From an uncultured Gemmatimonadaceae bacterium (lineage in GTDB: Bacteria > Gemmatimonadota > Gemmatimonadetes > Gemmatimonadales > Gemmatimonadaceae), in assembly GCA_963822945.1 (NCBI GenBank), contig CAWGJO010000014.1, positions 1 through 64,000 on the forward strand: a DNA stretch of 64,000 nucleotides, in the 5' to 3' direction. A model generated the notes under the pieces. That model ran no database searches and was not told the origin of the DNA. It was given only the letters and a program-made list of their open reading frames with translations. Shown piece after piece: positions 9,610 to 22,114 of this stretch (its first letter is position 1; the number at the start of each line of letters is the position of its first letter). Made by a program: the position numbers and the translations under genes.

Positions 9610-10637
9610 GCGCTCACGGCCTCCAGCCGTGCCTCGCCGGGGGCATCCGTACGGCCCTCGTACCGCGCGCGGTCGCTCAGGTACGCATCGAAGATGCCCG
9701 CGATCTCCGAGTGCGACTCCACGGCATGCAGCTTCTTGCGAAGTTCCGCCGAGCCGGGCAAGCCGCGCACGTACCAGCCGAGGTGCTTGCGGAATTCGAT
9801 GGCCGCGCCGCGCCGGTCGGGTTCGTACGCTTCCGCCATGGCCGAGTGCTCGAGCGCGATGCGGAAGCGCTCCTCCACCGGTGGTGCAGGCCGCATGGGA
9901 CGCCCTGCCAGGAGATCGCGCGCCTGATCGAAGATCCACGGCTGCCCGAACGAGCCCCGGGCGATCATCACACCGGCACACCCCGTCTCGCGATGCATGC
10001 GCACCGCGTCCTCCGCCGTCTTGATGTCCCCGTTGCCGAGCACCGGAATATCGAGCGCCTGCACCACCGCCGCGATCTCGTCCCAGTGCGCGTGCCCCGT
10101 GTACATCTGCGTCCGCGTGCGCGGGTGGAGCGCCAGCACGCGGGCCCCGGCGTCCTGGCAACGCAGCGCGATCGTCACCGGATCACGCATCTCCTCGTTC
10201 CAACCGCTCCGGATCTTGCACGTCACCGGGAGGTGGGTGCTCCGGGCCACGGCGCGGATCACGTCCTGCACCAGGTTGAGATCCTTGAGGCAGCCCGAGC
10301 CACCGTTCCGGCGCACGACCTTCTTGACCGGGCAGCCGAAATTGATGTCCACGAAGTCGGGCTGGAACACGTCGGTGACGAACGCGGCCGCCTCGCCCAT
10401 GGCCATCGGGTCGGCGCCGAAGATCTGGACCCCGATGGGGTGCTCCTCGGGCCCGAACCGCAGCTTGTTGATGGTCGCCGGATTCTCCCGGCGAATGCCC
10501 TCGGCCGAGAGGAATTCGGTCACCACGACGTCCGCCCCAAAGCGGCGGCAGAGGCGCCGGAAGGGCGACTCGGAAACGCCGGCCATGGGAGCCAGGTAGA
10601 GGGGGACGGAGGCGTCGAGGGGGAACGGAAAGGGCAT
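9606..10637 (-). CDS. dusB: tRNA-dihydrouridine synthase B
   Basis: LAPMAGV, GVQIFG, DINFGCPVKKV, KIRSGW, LHPRTR, GNGDI and RKHLGWY. Confidence 0.93.
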   Translation of the reverse strand: MPFPFPLDASVPLYLAPMAGVSESPFRRLCRRFGADVVVTEFLSAEGIRRENPATINKLRFGPEEHPIGVQIFGADPMAMGEAAAFVTDVFQPDFVDINFGCPVKKVVRRNGGSGCLKDLNLVQDVIRAVARSTHLPVTCKIRSGWNEEMRDPVTIALRCQDAGARVLALHPRTRTQMYTGHAHWDEIAAVVQALDIPVLGNGDIKTAEDAVRMHRETGCAGVMIARGSFGQPWIFDQARDLLAGRPMRPAPPVEERFRIALEHSAMAEAYEPDRRGAAIEFRKHLGWYVRGLPGSAELRKKLHAVESHSEIAGIFDAYLSDRARYEGRTDAPGEARLEAVSA

Positions 10638-10644
10638 CCTGCGG

Positions 10645-10673
10645 AAGCTAACCGAGGCCGGAAACCGGTGCAA
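10645..10673 (-). promoter_or_regulatory. Sigma70-type promoter of dusB (probably leaderless)
   Basis: TTGCAC-17bp-TAGCTT, then 7 nt to the ATG; no SD sequence. Confidence 0.6.
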
Positions 10674-10682
10674 CGACGCTAT

Positions 10683-10712
10683 TTGACACGACTTGTGCGC
10701 TCCGGTTAACTT
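10683..10712 (+). promoter_or_regulatory. Sigma70-type promoter of the PTS IIA gene
   Basis: TTGACA-18bp-TAACTT. Confidence 0.6.
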
Positions 10713-10785
10713 CGCCTGTTCGAGACATCTACGAGATTTCGGCGCGCAAGCGCTGCGGCTTTTACTGGGCGGGGACCGAGTTCGT

Positions 10786-11238
10786 ATGGAACTGCGCGAA
10801 TTCTTCAGCGAAGACGCGATCAAGCTCGAAATCGAGGGCACCAACAAGGACGACGTCCTCAAAGAGTTGATCGGGCTCCTGAAGCTCGACGAGAAGTCGG
10901 AAGGGATGCTGTTCAAGATGCTCAAGCGCCGGGAGAACCTCGGCTCCACGGGCATTGGCCGCGGCATCGCCATTCCCCATTGCCGCTCACTGGTCGTCAA
11001 CAAACTGCGGGTGGCGTTCGGCCGGAAGAAGGACGGCGTCGACTTCAAGGCCATCGACGAGAAGCCGGTCAACTTCTTCTTCCTGATCGTGGCGCCGCCG
11101 CTCGAAGTCTCGAACCAGTACCTCCCGGTGCTCGGCAAGATCGCGCAGTTCAGCAAGGAACCGGATGTGCCGGGACGCCTGCTGGAGATCACCGAACCCA
11201 AGCAGTTCCTGGCGCTGCTCGAAGAGAAAGGCGTCTAG
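10786..11238 (+). CDS. PTS EIIA protein (PtsN/fructose-mannitol type)
   Basis: RENLGSTGIGRGIAIPH (phospho-His motif) and GVDFKAIDEKPVNFFFLI. Confidence 0.9.
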   Translation: MELREFFSEDAIKLEIEGTNKDDVLKELIGLLKLDEKSEGMLFKMLKRRENLGSTGIGRGIAIPHCRSLVVNKLRVAFGRKKDGVDFKAIDEKPVNFFFLIVAPPLEVSNQYLPVLGKIAQFSKEPDVPGRLLEITEPKQFLALLEEKGV

Positions 11239-11247
11239 CGCGCGGGG

Positions 11248-13080
11248 ATGTCGCGCCGCGTGTTCCCGCTCAGGCTCGCACTGGCGGGGGTTCTCATCGT
11301 CGTTTCGCCGAGTGTCATCAGGGCGCAGGAACCCGCCCGCCTCGACACCGTCCACGTCACCGTGAGTTCGCGGGTCGACTCCTCGCACACCACCGCCGCC
11401 CGCACGGTGGACGTGATCACCCGCGCGGAACTCGCGTCGCGCCAGGGTCAGTCGCTCGCGCAGATCCTGAGCACGCACCTCGGCGTGGACCTGTACACGC
11501 GCTCCCCGGCGCAGGCCGACATCGCGCTCCGCGGATCGTCCATCGAACAGGTGCTCGTGCTCGTGAACGGAGCGCGCGTGAGTGACCAGCAGGCCGGCCA
11601 CTTCGATCTCGACCTCGCCGTGCCGACCGATCTCATCGACCACATCGAGATACTGCGGGGTACGGGCTCCACCCTCTACGGTCCCGACGCGGTGGGGGGC
11701 GTGATCAACATCGTCACCCGCGACCGTGCGTCGAGCGAAGTGGCCCGCGTCCGCTCGGGGAGCTTCGGCACCGTCGGCGGCGCCCTCGCGCGCACGGGGA
11801 GCCTGGGGCCGGTGGGCCTGCAGTTGGGCGCCGACTACGCACGGGCAGACGGCCACCGCGCCGATACCGACTATCGCATCTTCCAGGGACGTGCCGGCGT
11901 CGATGCGCCACTCGGCGCCGGACGGTTGGCCGGCAGCGTGGGTCTCGGCGTGCGCGACTTCGGCGCTGCCGACTTCTACGCGCCGTACCCGTCGTACGAG
12001 GACACGCACACCAGCACCGCATCGCTTCGCTACGCGGCGCCGGTCGCGAACCGCTGGTCGTTGAGCGTGGGTGCCAACGGCCGGCGACACCTCGATCGCT
12101 TCACGCTCGTCCGCGACAATCCGTCGCTCTACCAGAATCATCACGACAACTGGCAGACCGGGGGAGACGTGACTGCCCGGTACGCCGCCAGCGACGGTGT
12201 CGGACTCGCCGTCGGCGCCGAGGGTTTCGATGCCCGCGTCGTGAGCGCGTCGCTCGGCGACCACGACGAGACACGCTCCGCCGCATTCGCCGAGGTGCAC
12301 GCGACCGCCGTCGGCGGGGCGTCGCTCGACCTCGGCGTGCGGGGCGATCACAGCTCGGCGTATGGCGACTTCTTCTCCCCGTCGCTCGCCGCGGCGCTGC
12401 CCCTCGCGCCCCGCGCCCGGCTGCGCGCGTCGGTGGGCCGCGGCTTCCGGGCGCCCACCTGGACCGAACGCTTCTACCGCGATCCGGCGAACATCGGCAA
12501 CGCCGGGCTCCGGCCGGAACGCTTCTGGGCCGGCGAGGTCGGACTCCACGCCACGCCGTCCACCAACACCAGCCTCGACGTCGCGGTCTTCGCCCGCCAG
12601 GCCGCCGACCTCATCGACTGGGCCAGACCCGCCGCCGCGCTGCCGACCGATCCCTGGCACACCATGAACATCGAGAAGGCCCACTATCGGGGCGTCGAGT
12701 TCACGGCGCGCCTGCGGCGCGTGGCGGGAATCGACTGGACCATCCGCGGCAGCGGCCTCGCGTTCACGCCCATCGGCGCCTCCGGCTACCAGGGGAAGTA
12801 CGCCCTGCGGCCCGTCACCCGAACGGTCGGCGCAACGGCAGAGCTTCCGTCGGCGCACGGAGTTCAGGTGCTGCTCGACCTCCTGGACTCGCGTCGCGCC
12901 GGCGAGTCGGCGTACTTCCGCGCCGACCTGCGGCTGGGCTACCGCCTGCGGACGGCCCGAGTGACGCTCGATCTGCGCAACTTGACGAACGTGACCTACC
13001 TGGACGCGTCCGGCATGCCCGTGGCCGGGCGCGGCGCATACGTCGGGCTGGCGTGGGTTCCCAACGCCGGCGGCCGCTGA
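11248..13080 (+). CDS. TonB-dependent outer-membrane receptor (BtuB-like)
   Basis: Signal peptide, TonB box LDTVHVT, plug motifs LVLVNG..IDHIEILRGTGSTLYGPDAVGGVINIVT, GFRAPT and NLTNVTY. Confidence 0.9.
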   Translation: MSRRVFPLRLALAGVLIVVSPSVIRAQEPARLDTVHVTVSSRVDSSHTTAARTVDVITRAELASRQGQSLAQILSTHLGVDLYTRSPAQADIALRGSSIEQVLVLVNGARVSDQQAGHFDLDLAVPTDLIDHIEILRGTGSTLYGPDAVGGVINIVTRDRASSEVARVRSGSFGTVGGALARTGSLGPVGLQLGADYARADGHRADTDYRIFQGRAGVDAPLGAGRLAGSVGLGVRDFGAADFYAPYPSYEDTHTSTASLRYAAPVANRWSLSVGANGRRHLDRFTLVRDNPSLYQNHHDNWQTGGDVTARYAASDGVGLAVGAEGFDARVVSASLGDHDETRSAAFAEVHATAVGGASLDLGVRGDHSSAYGDFFSPSLAAALPLAPRARLRASVGRGFRAPTWTERFYRDPANIGNAGLRPERFWAGEVGLHATPSTNTSLDVAVFARQAADLIDWARPAAALPTDPWHTMNIEKAHYRGVEFTARLRRVAGIDWTIRGSGLAFTPIGASGYQGKYALRPVTRTVGATAELPSAHGVQVLLDLLDSRRAGESAYFRADLRLGYRLRTARVTLDLRNLTNVTYLDASGMPVAGRGAYVGLAWVPNAGGR

Positions 13081-13084
13081 GCGG

Positions 13085-13822
13085 TCAGACCCGGCCGAAC
13101 AGGGAGAGAAAGAGCAGCGTCGCCACGACGGTCAACGCCACGGCGTACACCACGCCGACGGCGGTCGTTCTCCACACGGCCACACCCGAACTGACGCGAT
13201 ACGCGCGCTCCACGCCCGCCAGCACGTTCCAGGTGGCGTAGAACAGACCGCCCACCGAGGCCAGGAAACTGAGCGGCCCCCATCCGGGCAGCGTCACCAC
13301 GAGCAGGGCGATCAGCAGCAGGAAGAGTGCCGCGTGCGCTTCGAGCCCGTACCGCCAGTTGTCCCGGAAGTGCGGCATCTGCGTGCGGAACGCCAGCAGC
13401 ATCAGCCCGGCCGACAGCGGCAGCAACAGCAGGATGGCGATCGGCAACGCGAGGCTCACGGCTCGCGTGAACCGTTGCGGATCGCAGAGCAGTTCCCCGG
13501 CCAGGTGCTCGAGGCCGGCCACCGTGGAGCCGGCGGCCGAGGCGTCGGGCGCGCCCGCGGCGCCCATCAGCCCGCTGATCTCCGCGTTCGCACGCCCCTT
13601 GGTACAGGCGGCCACCGCGTCGGGGGTCGGCTCGTGGGCGCGCCCCTGCTGCACCAGCGTGAGCGCAAAGAAGAGCGCGACGAGCACCACCAACAGACGC
13701 CCCAGCGGGAGGTAGCCTCCGCCCTGCCCGTCCAGGACCGCCCGCGTGATCGTTCCGGGACGCAGGATCAGGTCGCGGAGCGTGACGCGCCACACCAGGC
13801 GCGCCGGCGCGTCTACTCCCAC
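13085..13822 (-). CDS. Membrane protein, DUF3667-like (start uncertain, 13795-13822)
   Basis: [21 protein letters not shown] followed by ~5 TM helices. Confidence 0.6.
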   Translation of the reverse strand: MGVDAPARLVWRVTLRDLILRPGTITRAVLDGQGGGYLPLGRLLVVLVALFFALTLVQQGRAHEPTPDAVAACTKGRANAEISGLMGAAGAPDASAAGSTVAGLEHLAGELLCDPQRFTRAVSLALPIAILLLLPLSAGLMLLAFRTQMPHFRDNWRYGLEAHAALFLLLIALLVVTLPGWGPLSFLASVGGLFYATWNVLAGVERAYRVSSGVAVWRTTAVGVVYAVALTVVATLLFLSLFGRV

Positions 13823-15357
13823 TCGATCGTCGCGGGCGGCTTTGAACTCACGTCGTACACCACGCGGTTCACGCCGCGCACCTCGTTGATGATCCGATTC
13901 GACATCCGCGCGAGCACATCGGGCGGGAAGGCGAACCAGTCGGCGGTCATGCCGTCGGTGCTCGTCACGGCGCGGAGCGCCACCACGTTCTCGTACGTCC
14001 GGTAGTCGCCCATCACGCCCACGCTCCGCACGGGGAGCAGGACCGCGAACGCCTGCCAGATCTCGTCGTACAGCCCGGCCGCTCGGATCTCTTCGAGATA
14101 GATGGCGTCGGCGCGGCGCAGCACGTCGAGCGCCTCGTCGCTCACGGCACCGAGCACGCGGATGGCCAGGCCGGGCCCGGGGAACGGGTGGCGCCCCACC
14201 ATCTCCTCCGGCAGGCCGAGTTCCCGCCCCACGTTGCGCACTTCGTCCTTGAACAGTTCCCGCAGCGGTTCGATGAGCGTGAACTTCATGTCCGGCTTCA
14301 GGCCCCCCACGTTGTGGTGGGTCTTGATCGTCACCGAGGGACCGCCGGTGGGCGACGACGACTCGATCACGTCGGGATAGAGCGTGCCCTGCACCAGGAA
14401 TTCGGCGCCGCGGGCGCTCGCCTGCGTGGCATCCTCGAACACGTCGATGAAGGTGTGCCCGATGATCGTCCGCTTCTTCTCGGGATCCTCGACGCCCTGC
14501 AGCGCGTCGAGAAACCGCCGCGATGCGTCCACGGTCACGAGGTCGATGCCGAGATACGACCGGAAGGTGCGCTCCACCTGGTCGCGCTCGTGCAGCCGCA
14601 GCAACCCGGTATCGACGAACATGCAGGTGAGCTGATCCCCGATGGCGCGATGCACGAGGGTCGCCGCCACCGCCGAATCGACGCCGCCCGACAACCCGCA
14701 GATCACGCGCTTGTCGCCGACCAGGGCGCGGATCTTCGCCACCTCCTCGTCGATGAAGGCGCCGGGCGTCCACGTCGGCTCCGCGCCGCACACCTGGAAC
14801 AGGAAGTTGGCGATCAGCTCGGTGCCGCGCGCCGTGTGCGCCACCTCGGGGTGGAATTGCACGCCGTAGAGCGGGCGGGTCTCGTGCCGGTACGCGGCGA
14901 CCGGCGAGTTGGTGCTGCGCGCGATGGCCACGAAGCCCGGGGGGAGCGCGCGGACCTGGTCGCCGTGGCTCATCCAGGCCGAGAACGCCTCGCCGGCATC
15001 GAACCCCTGGAACAACGGGTCTCCCCCGACGACGGTCACCTCGGCACGCCCGTACTCCCGCTGCGTGGCGTGCGTGACGTCGCCGCCCAGCAGATGGGCC
15101 ATGAGATTCATCCCGTAGCACACGCCGAGCACCGGCGCGATGTCCAGCACTTCGGGGGCGACGGTCGGCGCGCCCGCATCGTACACCGAGTTCGGCCCGC
15201 CGCTCAGGATGATGCCCGTGGGCTTCCAGTCCCGGATCCACTCGGCGGTGCGCGTCGGCGGGTGAATCTCGGAGTACACGCGGGCTTCGCGCACGCGGCG
15301 TGCGATGAGTTGCGTGTACTGCGAGCCGTAGTCGATGATCAGGATGCGGGAAGACAC
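13813..15357 (-). CDS. guaA: GMP synthase (glutamine-hydrolysing)
   Basis: [39 protein letters not shown] and KPPATIEWE. Confidence 0.98.
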   Translation of the reverse strand: MSSRILIIDYGSQYTQLIARRVREARVYSEIHPPTRTAEWIRDWKPTGIILSGGPNSVYDAGAPTVAPEVLDIAPVLGVCYGMNLMAHLLGGDVTHATQREYGRAEVTVVGGDPLFQGFDAGEAFSAWMSHGDQVRALPPGFVAIARSTNSPVAAYRHETRPLYGVQFHPEVAHTARGTELIANFLFQVCGAEPTWTPGAFIDEEVAKIRALVGDKRVICGLSGGVDSAVAATLVHRAIGDQLTCMFVDTGLLRLHERDQVERTFRSYLGIDLVTVDASRRFLDALQGVEDPEKKRTIIGHTFIDVFEDATQASARGAEFLVQGTLYPDVIESSSPTGGPSVTIKTHHNVGGLKPDMKFTLIEPLRELFKDEVRNVGRELGLPEEMVGRHPFPGPGLAIRVLGAVSDEALDVLRRADAIYLEEIRAAGLYDEIWQAFAVLLPVRSVGVMGDYRTYENVVALRAVTSTDGMTADWFAFPPDVLARMSNRIINEVRGVNRVVYDVSSKPPATIEWE

Positions 15358-15388
15358 GAAGGGGAATCCGAGAGCGGGAGGCGGCGCG

Positions 15389-15897
15389 TCAGTACTTCCA
15401 GTGCGCCGAGTCGAGGGAGAGGAAATCGACGTGCTTGCTGTCCAGGTCGAGGATCGCGGCCTGCGGCGTGCCGTGGATCCAGCCGCACGCCTCGCCCGGA
15501 TTCAGAATCAGCGTGTCACCGCGCGTCTTCATTTCCTGTTGATGGGTGGCGCCGTGAATCACGATCGAGTGGGCCTCGAGCGACCGTTGCTGGACGTCGC
15601 CGATGTCGTGCACGATCAGAATGCGGTCGCCGCCCACGTCGAAGCTGTGCGGCGATTCGAACAACTCGAGGCCGATCCCCGCGCTGGCGCGGGTGCTCAG
15701 CCCCTCGGGGTCCCCGTCGTTGCGTCCGAAGACGCCGGCCAGGGTCATGTGGGATTCCTCGAACGGCTTGAGGACGAACGGCGAACAGAAATCGCCGGCG
15801 TGGAACACCATCGTCACGCCGCCCTCCGCCATCTGGCGGATGAGCTCGGCCACCGCCGGGACCCGATCGTGTGAATCGGACATCACGCCAACGCGCA

Positions 15898-15898
<1 letters not shown>
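15389..15898 (-). CDS. Metallophosphoesterase, YfcE/MJ0936 family
   Basis: SDSHD, HAGD, GRNDG, HGATH and NPGE motifs. Confidence 0.85.
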
Positions 15899-18656
<2,758 letters not shown>

Positions 18657-19922
18657 TCACACCAGCCGGCCCTCGCTCAATCTAACAGTTCGCTCCTCGC
18701 CCGAGGCGAGGGATTTCAGAATCAGGGTGCCGTCCTCGCGGACGATCACGGCCTGCGGCGCCCCGGCCGACGATGCGGCCTTCAACTGGCGGCCCAACTG
18801 CTGCGGCCGGAGGGCGTACTCCACGCTCGCGCCGTCGTGGCGGAGCGCCTGGGCCAGGCGCATCGCCTCCGTGAGCTGCCGGGCGTCGGCGTACGCCACC
18901 CAGTAGTCGGGACCGGGAAGCGTGGTGGGCATCAGCCCCCGGTGGCGGAGCAGTTCGCCCAGCACCACGTCGCCCATGCCGAACCCCAGCGCCGGCAGGT
19001 CCACGCCGCCCAGCGACTTCAGCAGCGTGTCGTATCGGCCACCGCCGCAGATGGCCCGGAACTCCCCGTGCGCGTCGAACAGCTCGAACACGATGCCCGT
19101 GTAGTACGCGAGCCCCCGCACGATCTTGAGATCGAGTTCCACCCAGGGCCCCACGCCGAGCGCGTCGAGGTAGGCGAAGTAGCGTTCGAGTTCGCCCAGT
19201 CGCTCGTTGACCTCGGCGTTCGCGCCGTACTCCTCGCGCAATCCGTCGAGCGACACCCGGCCGGTGAGTCCCACGATGCGGTCGATCGCGCCGCCGCTCA
19301 GGCCGAGCGCGGCCAGCTTCTCGCGCGAGACGTCCAGCGGCTGGCGTTCGATCTTGTCGATCACCGCGAACACGCCCGGCGCGCGGTCGTCGCCGACGTC
19401 GAGCGTGGCCAGCAGCGCGCGCAGTAGCTGCCGATCGGACACCCGGGCGCGCACGTCGTTCTGCGTGAGCTGCAGGGCGCGCATGATCTCCACGGCGACC
19501 GCCAGCAGTTCGGCGTCGGCCGTGACGTCGGCCTCGCCGACGATGTCCACGTTGAGTTGGAAGTGTTCGCGCAGCCGTCCCTTCTGCTGCCGCTCGTAGC
19601 GGAACAGTTGCGGCACCGAGAACCACCGCACCGGCTTGCGCAGCGCGTTGGCTTTGGCGGCCACCATGCGGGCGAAGGTGGGCGTCATCTCCGGACGCAG
19701 CGACACCTCGCGTCCACCCTTGTCGGTGAAGTTGTAGAGCTGGCCGACGATCTCATCGCCGCTCTTCTTCGTGTACAGGTCGAGCGGCTCCAGGGGCGGC
19801 CCGTCGTATTCCACGAACGCGAACCGGCGCGCCACGTCGCGCCATCTGTTGACGATGAATTCGCGCTCGGCGAATTCCTGCGGATAGAAATCCCGGAAGC
19901 CGGGAAGCGCGCCTTTGGCCAT
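18657..19922 (-). CDS. hisS: Histidine--tRNA ligase
   Basis: GFRDFYP, LRPEMTP, FRYERQQKGRLREHFQ, VRGLAYYTG and GGGRYD. Confidence 0.96.
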   Translation of the reverse strand: MAKGALPGFRDFYPQEFAEREFIVNRWRDVARRFAFVEYDGPPLEPLDLYTKKSGDEIVGQLYNFTDKGGREVSLRPEMTPTFARMVAAKANALRKPVRWFSVPQLFRYERQQKGRLREHFQLNVDIVGEADVTADAELLAVAVEIMRALQLTQNDVRARVSDRQLLRALLATLDVGDDRAPGVFAVIDKIERQPLDVSREKLAALGLSGGAIDRIVGLTGRVSLDGLREEYGANAEVNERLGELERYFAYLDALGVGPWVELDLKIVRGLAYYTGIVFELFDAHGEFRAICGGGRYDTLLKSLGGVDLPALGFGMGDVVLGELLRHRGLMPTTLPGPDYWVAYADARQLTEAMRLAQALRHDGASVEYALRPQQLGRQLKAASSAGAPQAVIVREDGTLILKSLASGEERTVRLSEGRLV

Positions 19923-19927
19923 CCCTA

Positions 19928-19957
19928 AACCTATTGGGCAAGCGGAGATACGTGCAA
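19928..19957 (-). promoter_or_regulatory. Internal promoter for hisS within the folC 3' end (leaderless candidate)
   Basis: TTGCAC-18bp-TAGGTT, where the TAG is the folC stop; 5 nt to the hisS ATG. Confidence 0.5.
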
Positions 19958-21220
19958 GCGCAACATGGCATCTCCCACCGTGTGGAACGAGCCGGTGACG
20001 AGCACCGTCGCCCCCGTCCGTCCGGCGCTCGCCAGGGCGGCATCGAAGTCCGGCTCGGCTTCGTACGCCCACCCCCGGTCGGCGGCGAATGCCGCCACCT
20101 CGGCGAGCGTCCATGCCCGGCTCTCGGGCGCCGTCGGGGCGTTGGTGAATACGAAGCGCGCCACCCGCGGCGCCAGCGCGTCGAGCATCTCGCGCCAGTC
20201 CTTGTCGCCGAGGGCGCAGACCAGCGCCACCACCGGGGCCGGCGGCTCCACTCGGCTCAGCGTCTGCGCCAACACGCGTGCCCCGTCGCCGTTGTGCGCG
20301 ACATCGAACAGATACCGGCCGGCTTGCTGGAAGCGCCCCGGAATGTGGATCGCGGCCAGCCGCGATTCGGCGTCGGCAAGCGAGACGGCGAACCGCGGTC
20401 CGGCGGCGTCGAGCCACTCCAGCGTGAAGGCGAGATTGGCGGCCTGGTGGGCGCCGGTGAGCGGGGTGCGCAGGCGCCGCCGGTCGCCGAGCGCGGTGAG
20501 CACGAACTCGGTGCCGTGCCCATCCACCGTCAACTCCTCGACGCGCGTGCGCTCCGCCACCACGCGCACGTCGGACGCACCGGCCGCTCGGGCGCGCGCC
20601 GCCAGCAGCTCGCGAATGCGCCGATCGGGCTCACCGATCACCGCCGGCCGGCCCGGCTTGAAGATGCCCGCCTTCTCACTCGCGATCTCGTCCAGCGTCT
20701 CGCCCAAGTACTCGGTGTGATCGAACCCGATGGAGATGACCCCGGCGGCGGCGGGATCCACCACGTTCGTCGTGTCGAGGCGCCCGCCCAGGCCCGTCTC
20801 GATGAGCCCGACATCCACGCCCTGATCCCGGAAGTACGCGAACGCCAGCACGGTCGTGGCCTCGAAGAACGTGCCCCCGATGCGTTCGACCAGCGGCGTC
20901 CACCGCTCCACGAACGACACCACCTCCTGCCCCGGAATCGCAGCGTCGTCGACCATGATGCGCTCGCGAAAATCCACCAGATGGGGTGAGGTGTACTTGC
21001 CCACACGCAGGCCGCGGCCCCGCAGGAGGGCGGCGGCGGTCGCCACGGCGCTTCCCTTTCCGTTGGTGCCCGCCACGTGCAGCACGGGGAACGCGCGGTG
21101 CGGATTGCCGAGCGCATCGAGCAGCGTCTCGGTGCGCTCCAGGCCGAACTTGTAGCCGCTGGTGGTCCGCGCAAAGAGATACTGCAGCGCGTCCTGGTAC
21201 CGGATCAGGTCGACGTCCAC
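19931..21220 (-). CDS. folC: Folylpolyglutamate synthase / dihydrofolate synthase
   Basis: HVAGTNGKGS, YTSPHLVDFRERI, ETGLGGRLDTTN, DVAHN and TGSFHTVG. Confidence 0.95.
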   Translation of the reverse strand: MDVDLIRYQDALQYLFARTTSGYKFGLERTETLLDALGNPHRAFPVLHVAGTNGKGSAVATAAALLRGRGLRVGKYTSPHLVDFRERIMVDDAAIPGQEVVSFVERWTPLVERIGGTFFEATTVLAFAYFRDQGVDVGLIETGLGGRLDTTNVVDPAAAGVISIGFDHTEYLGETLDEIASEKAGIFKPGRPAVIGEPDRRIRELLAARARAAGASDVRVVAERTRVEELTVDGHGTEFVLTALGDRRRLRTPLTGAHQAANLAFTLEWLDAAGPRFAVSLADAESRLAAIHIPGRFQQAGRYLFDVAHNGDGARVLAQTLSRVEPPAPVVALVCALGDKDWREMLDALAPRVARFVFTNAPTAPESRAWTLAEVAAFAADRGWAYEAEPDFDAALASAGRTGATVLVTGSFHTVGDAMLRLHVSPLAQ

Positions 21221-22068
21221 CCCGAGGCCGCCGGTTTCCCGGTCATGTGACGGAGCAGCTGGCTCACCGTCTGCTTGAGGTCCTTGCGGTGCACGACCGT
21301 GTCCAGCATGCCGTGGTCGAGCAGGAACTCCGACGTCTGGAATCCCTGGGGGAGATCCTGCCCGAGGGTCTGCTTGATGACCCGCGGTCCGGCGAACCCG
21401 ATCACCGCCCCGGGCTCGGCGATGATCGCATCGCCCAGCATGGCGTAGCTGGCGCTCACGCCGCCGGTGGTGGGATTGGTGAGGATCGAGACGTACGGTA
21501 TTCGCCGCTCGGCAAGCTGCGCGAGCACCGCCGACACCTTCGCCATCTGCATCAGGGAGAGCACGCCCTCCTGCATCCGCGCGCCGCCGGACGCCGACAC
21601 GATCACCAGCGGATACTTCCGCTCCAACGACCGCTGGCCGAGGCGGGCGATCTTCTCGCCGACCACCGACCCCATGGAGCCACCCATGAACGCAAAGTCC
21701 ATGACCCCGAGATTCACCGGGGCGCCGTCCATCATACCGGAGGCGGCGAGGATGGCATCGGTGTCGCCGGCGTTGTTCGTGGCCTTCTTCAGTCGCGCGG
21801 GATAATCCGGAAAGCCGAGCGGATCCGTGGAGCGCAGATCGACCTCGAGTTCTTCGATGGTGCCGTCGTCGAGGAGGATGGCCGCGTACTCGTGCGCCCG
21901 GATGCGGCGGTGATGCTCGCAATTCGGGCACACGTTGAGGTTGCGCACGAACTTCTCGCGAATGTCCGTGTGCCCGCAGGCCTCGCACTTTTCCCAGACG
22001 TCCGCGGGGATCTCGAGCTTCTCGCGCCGCGGCTGGCGGGGCTTCTTCTCCTTCCGGAACCAAGCCAT
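21205..22068 (-). CDS. accD: Acetyl-CoA carboxylase carboxyltransferase beta subunit
   Basis: Zinc ribbon CEAC..CPNC, FMGGSMGSVVGEK, SGGARMQEG, PTTGGVSAS and IGFAGPRVI. Confidence 0.97.
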   Translation of the reverse strand: MAWFRKEKKPRQPRREKLEIPADVWEKCEACGHTDIREKFVRNLNVCPNCEHHRRIRAHEYAAILLDDGTIEELEVDLRSTDPLGFPDYPARLKKATNNAGDTDAILAASGMMDGAPVNLGVMDFAFMGGSMGSVVGEKIARLGQRSLERKYPLVIVSASGGARMQEGVLSLMQMAKVSAVLAQLAERRIPYVSILTNPTTGGVSASYAMLGDAIIAEPGAVIGFAGPRVIKQTLGQDLPQGFQTSEFLLDHGMLDTVVHRKDLKQTVSQLLRHMTGKPAASGWTST

Positions 22069-22114
22069 CAGTCAAATCTGGGGGGCCTCCCCCGGCGGGG
22101 GAAGTGCCGGCGGA

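Noticed and set aside
11239..11247. Cobalamin riboswitch ahead of the BtuB-like receptor
   Set aside because: The intergenic gap is only 9 bp, and I saw no B12-box-like sequence upstream of the operon.
19931..22075. 714-aa FolC with a long N-terminal extension overlapping accD
   Set aside because: The extension is an alternative frame of accD that stays open because of high GC. The same applies to the extended uppS, hisS, dapD, dapA, dusB and mreD ORFs.
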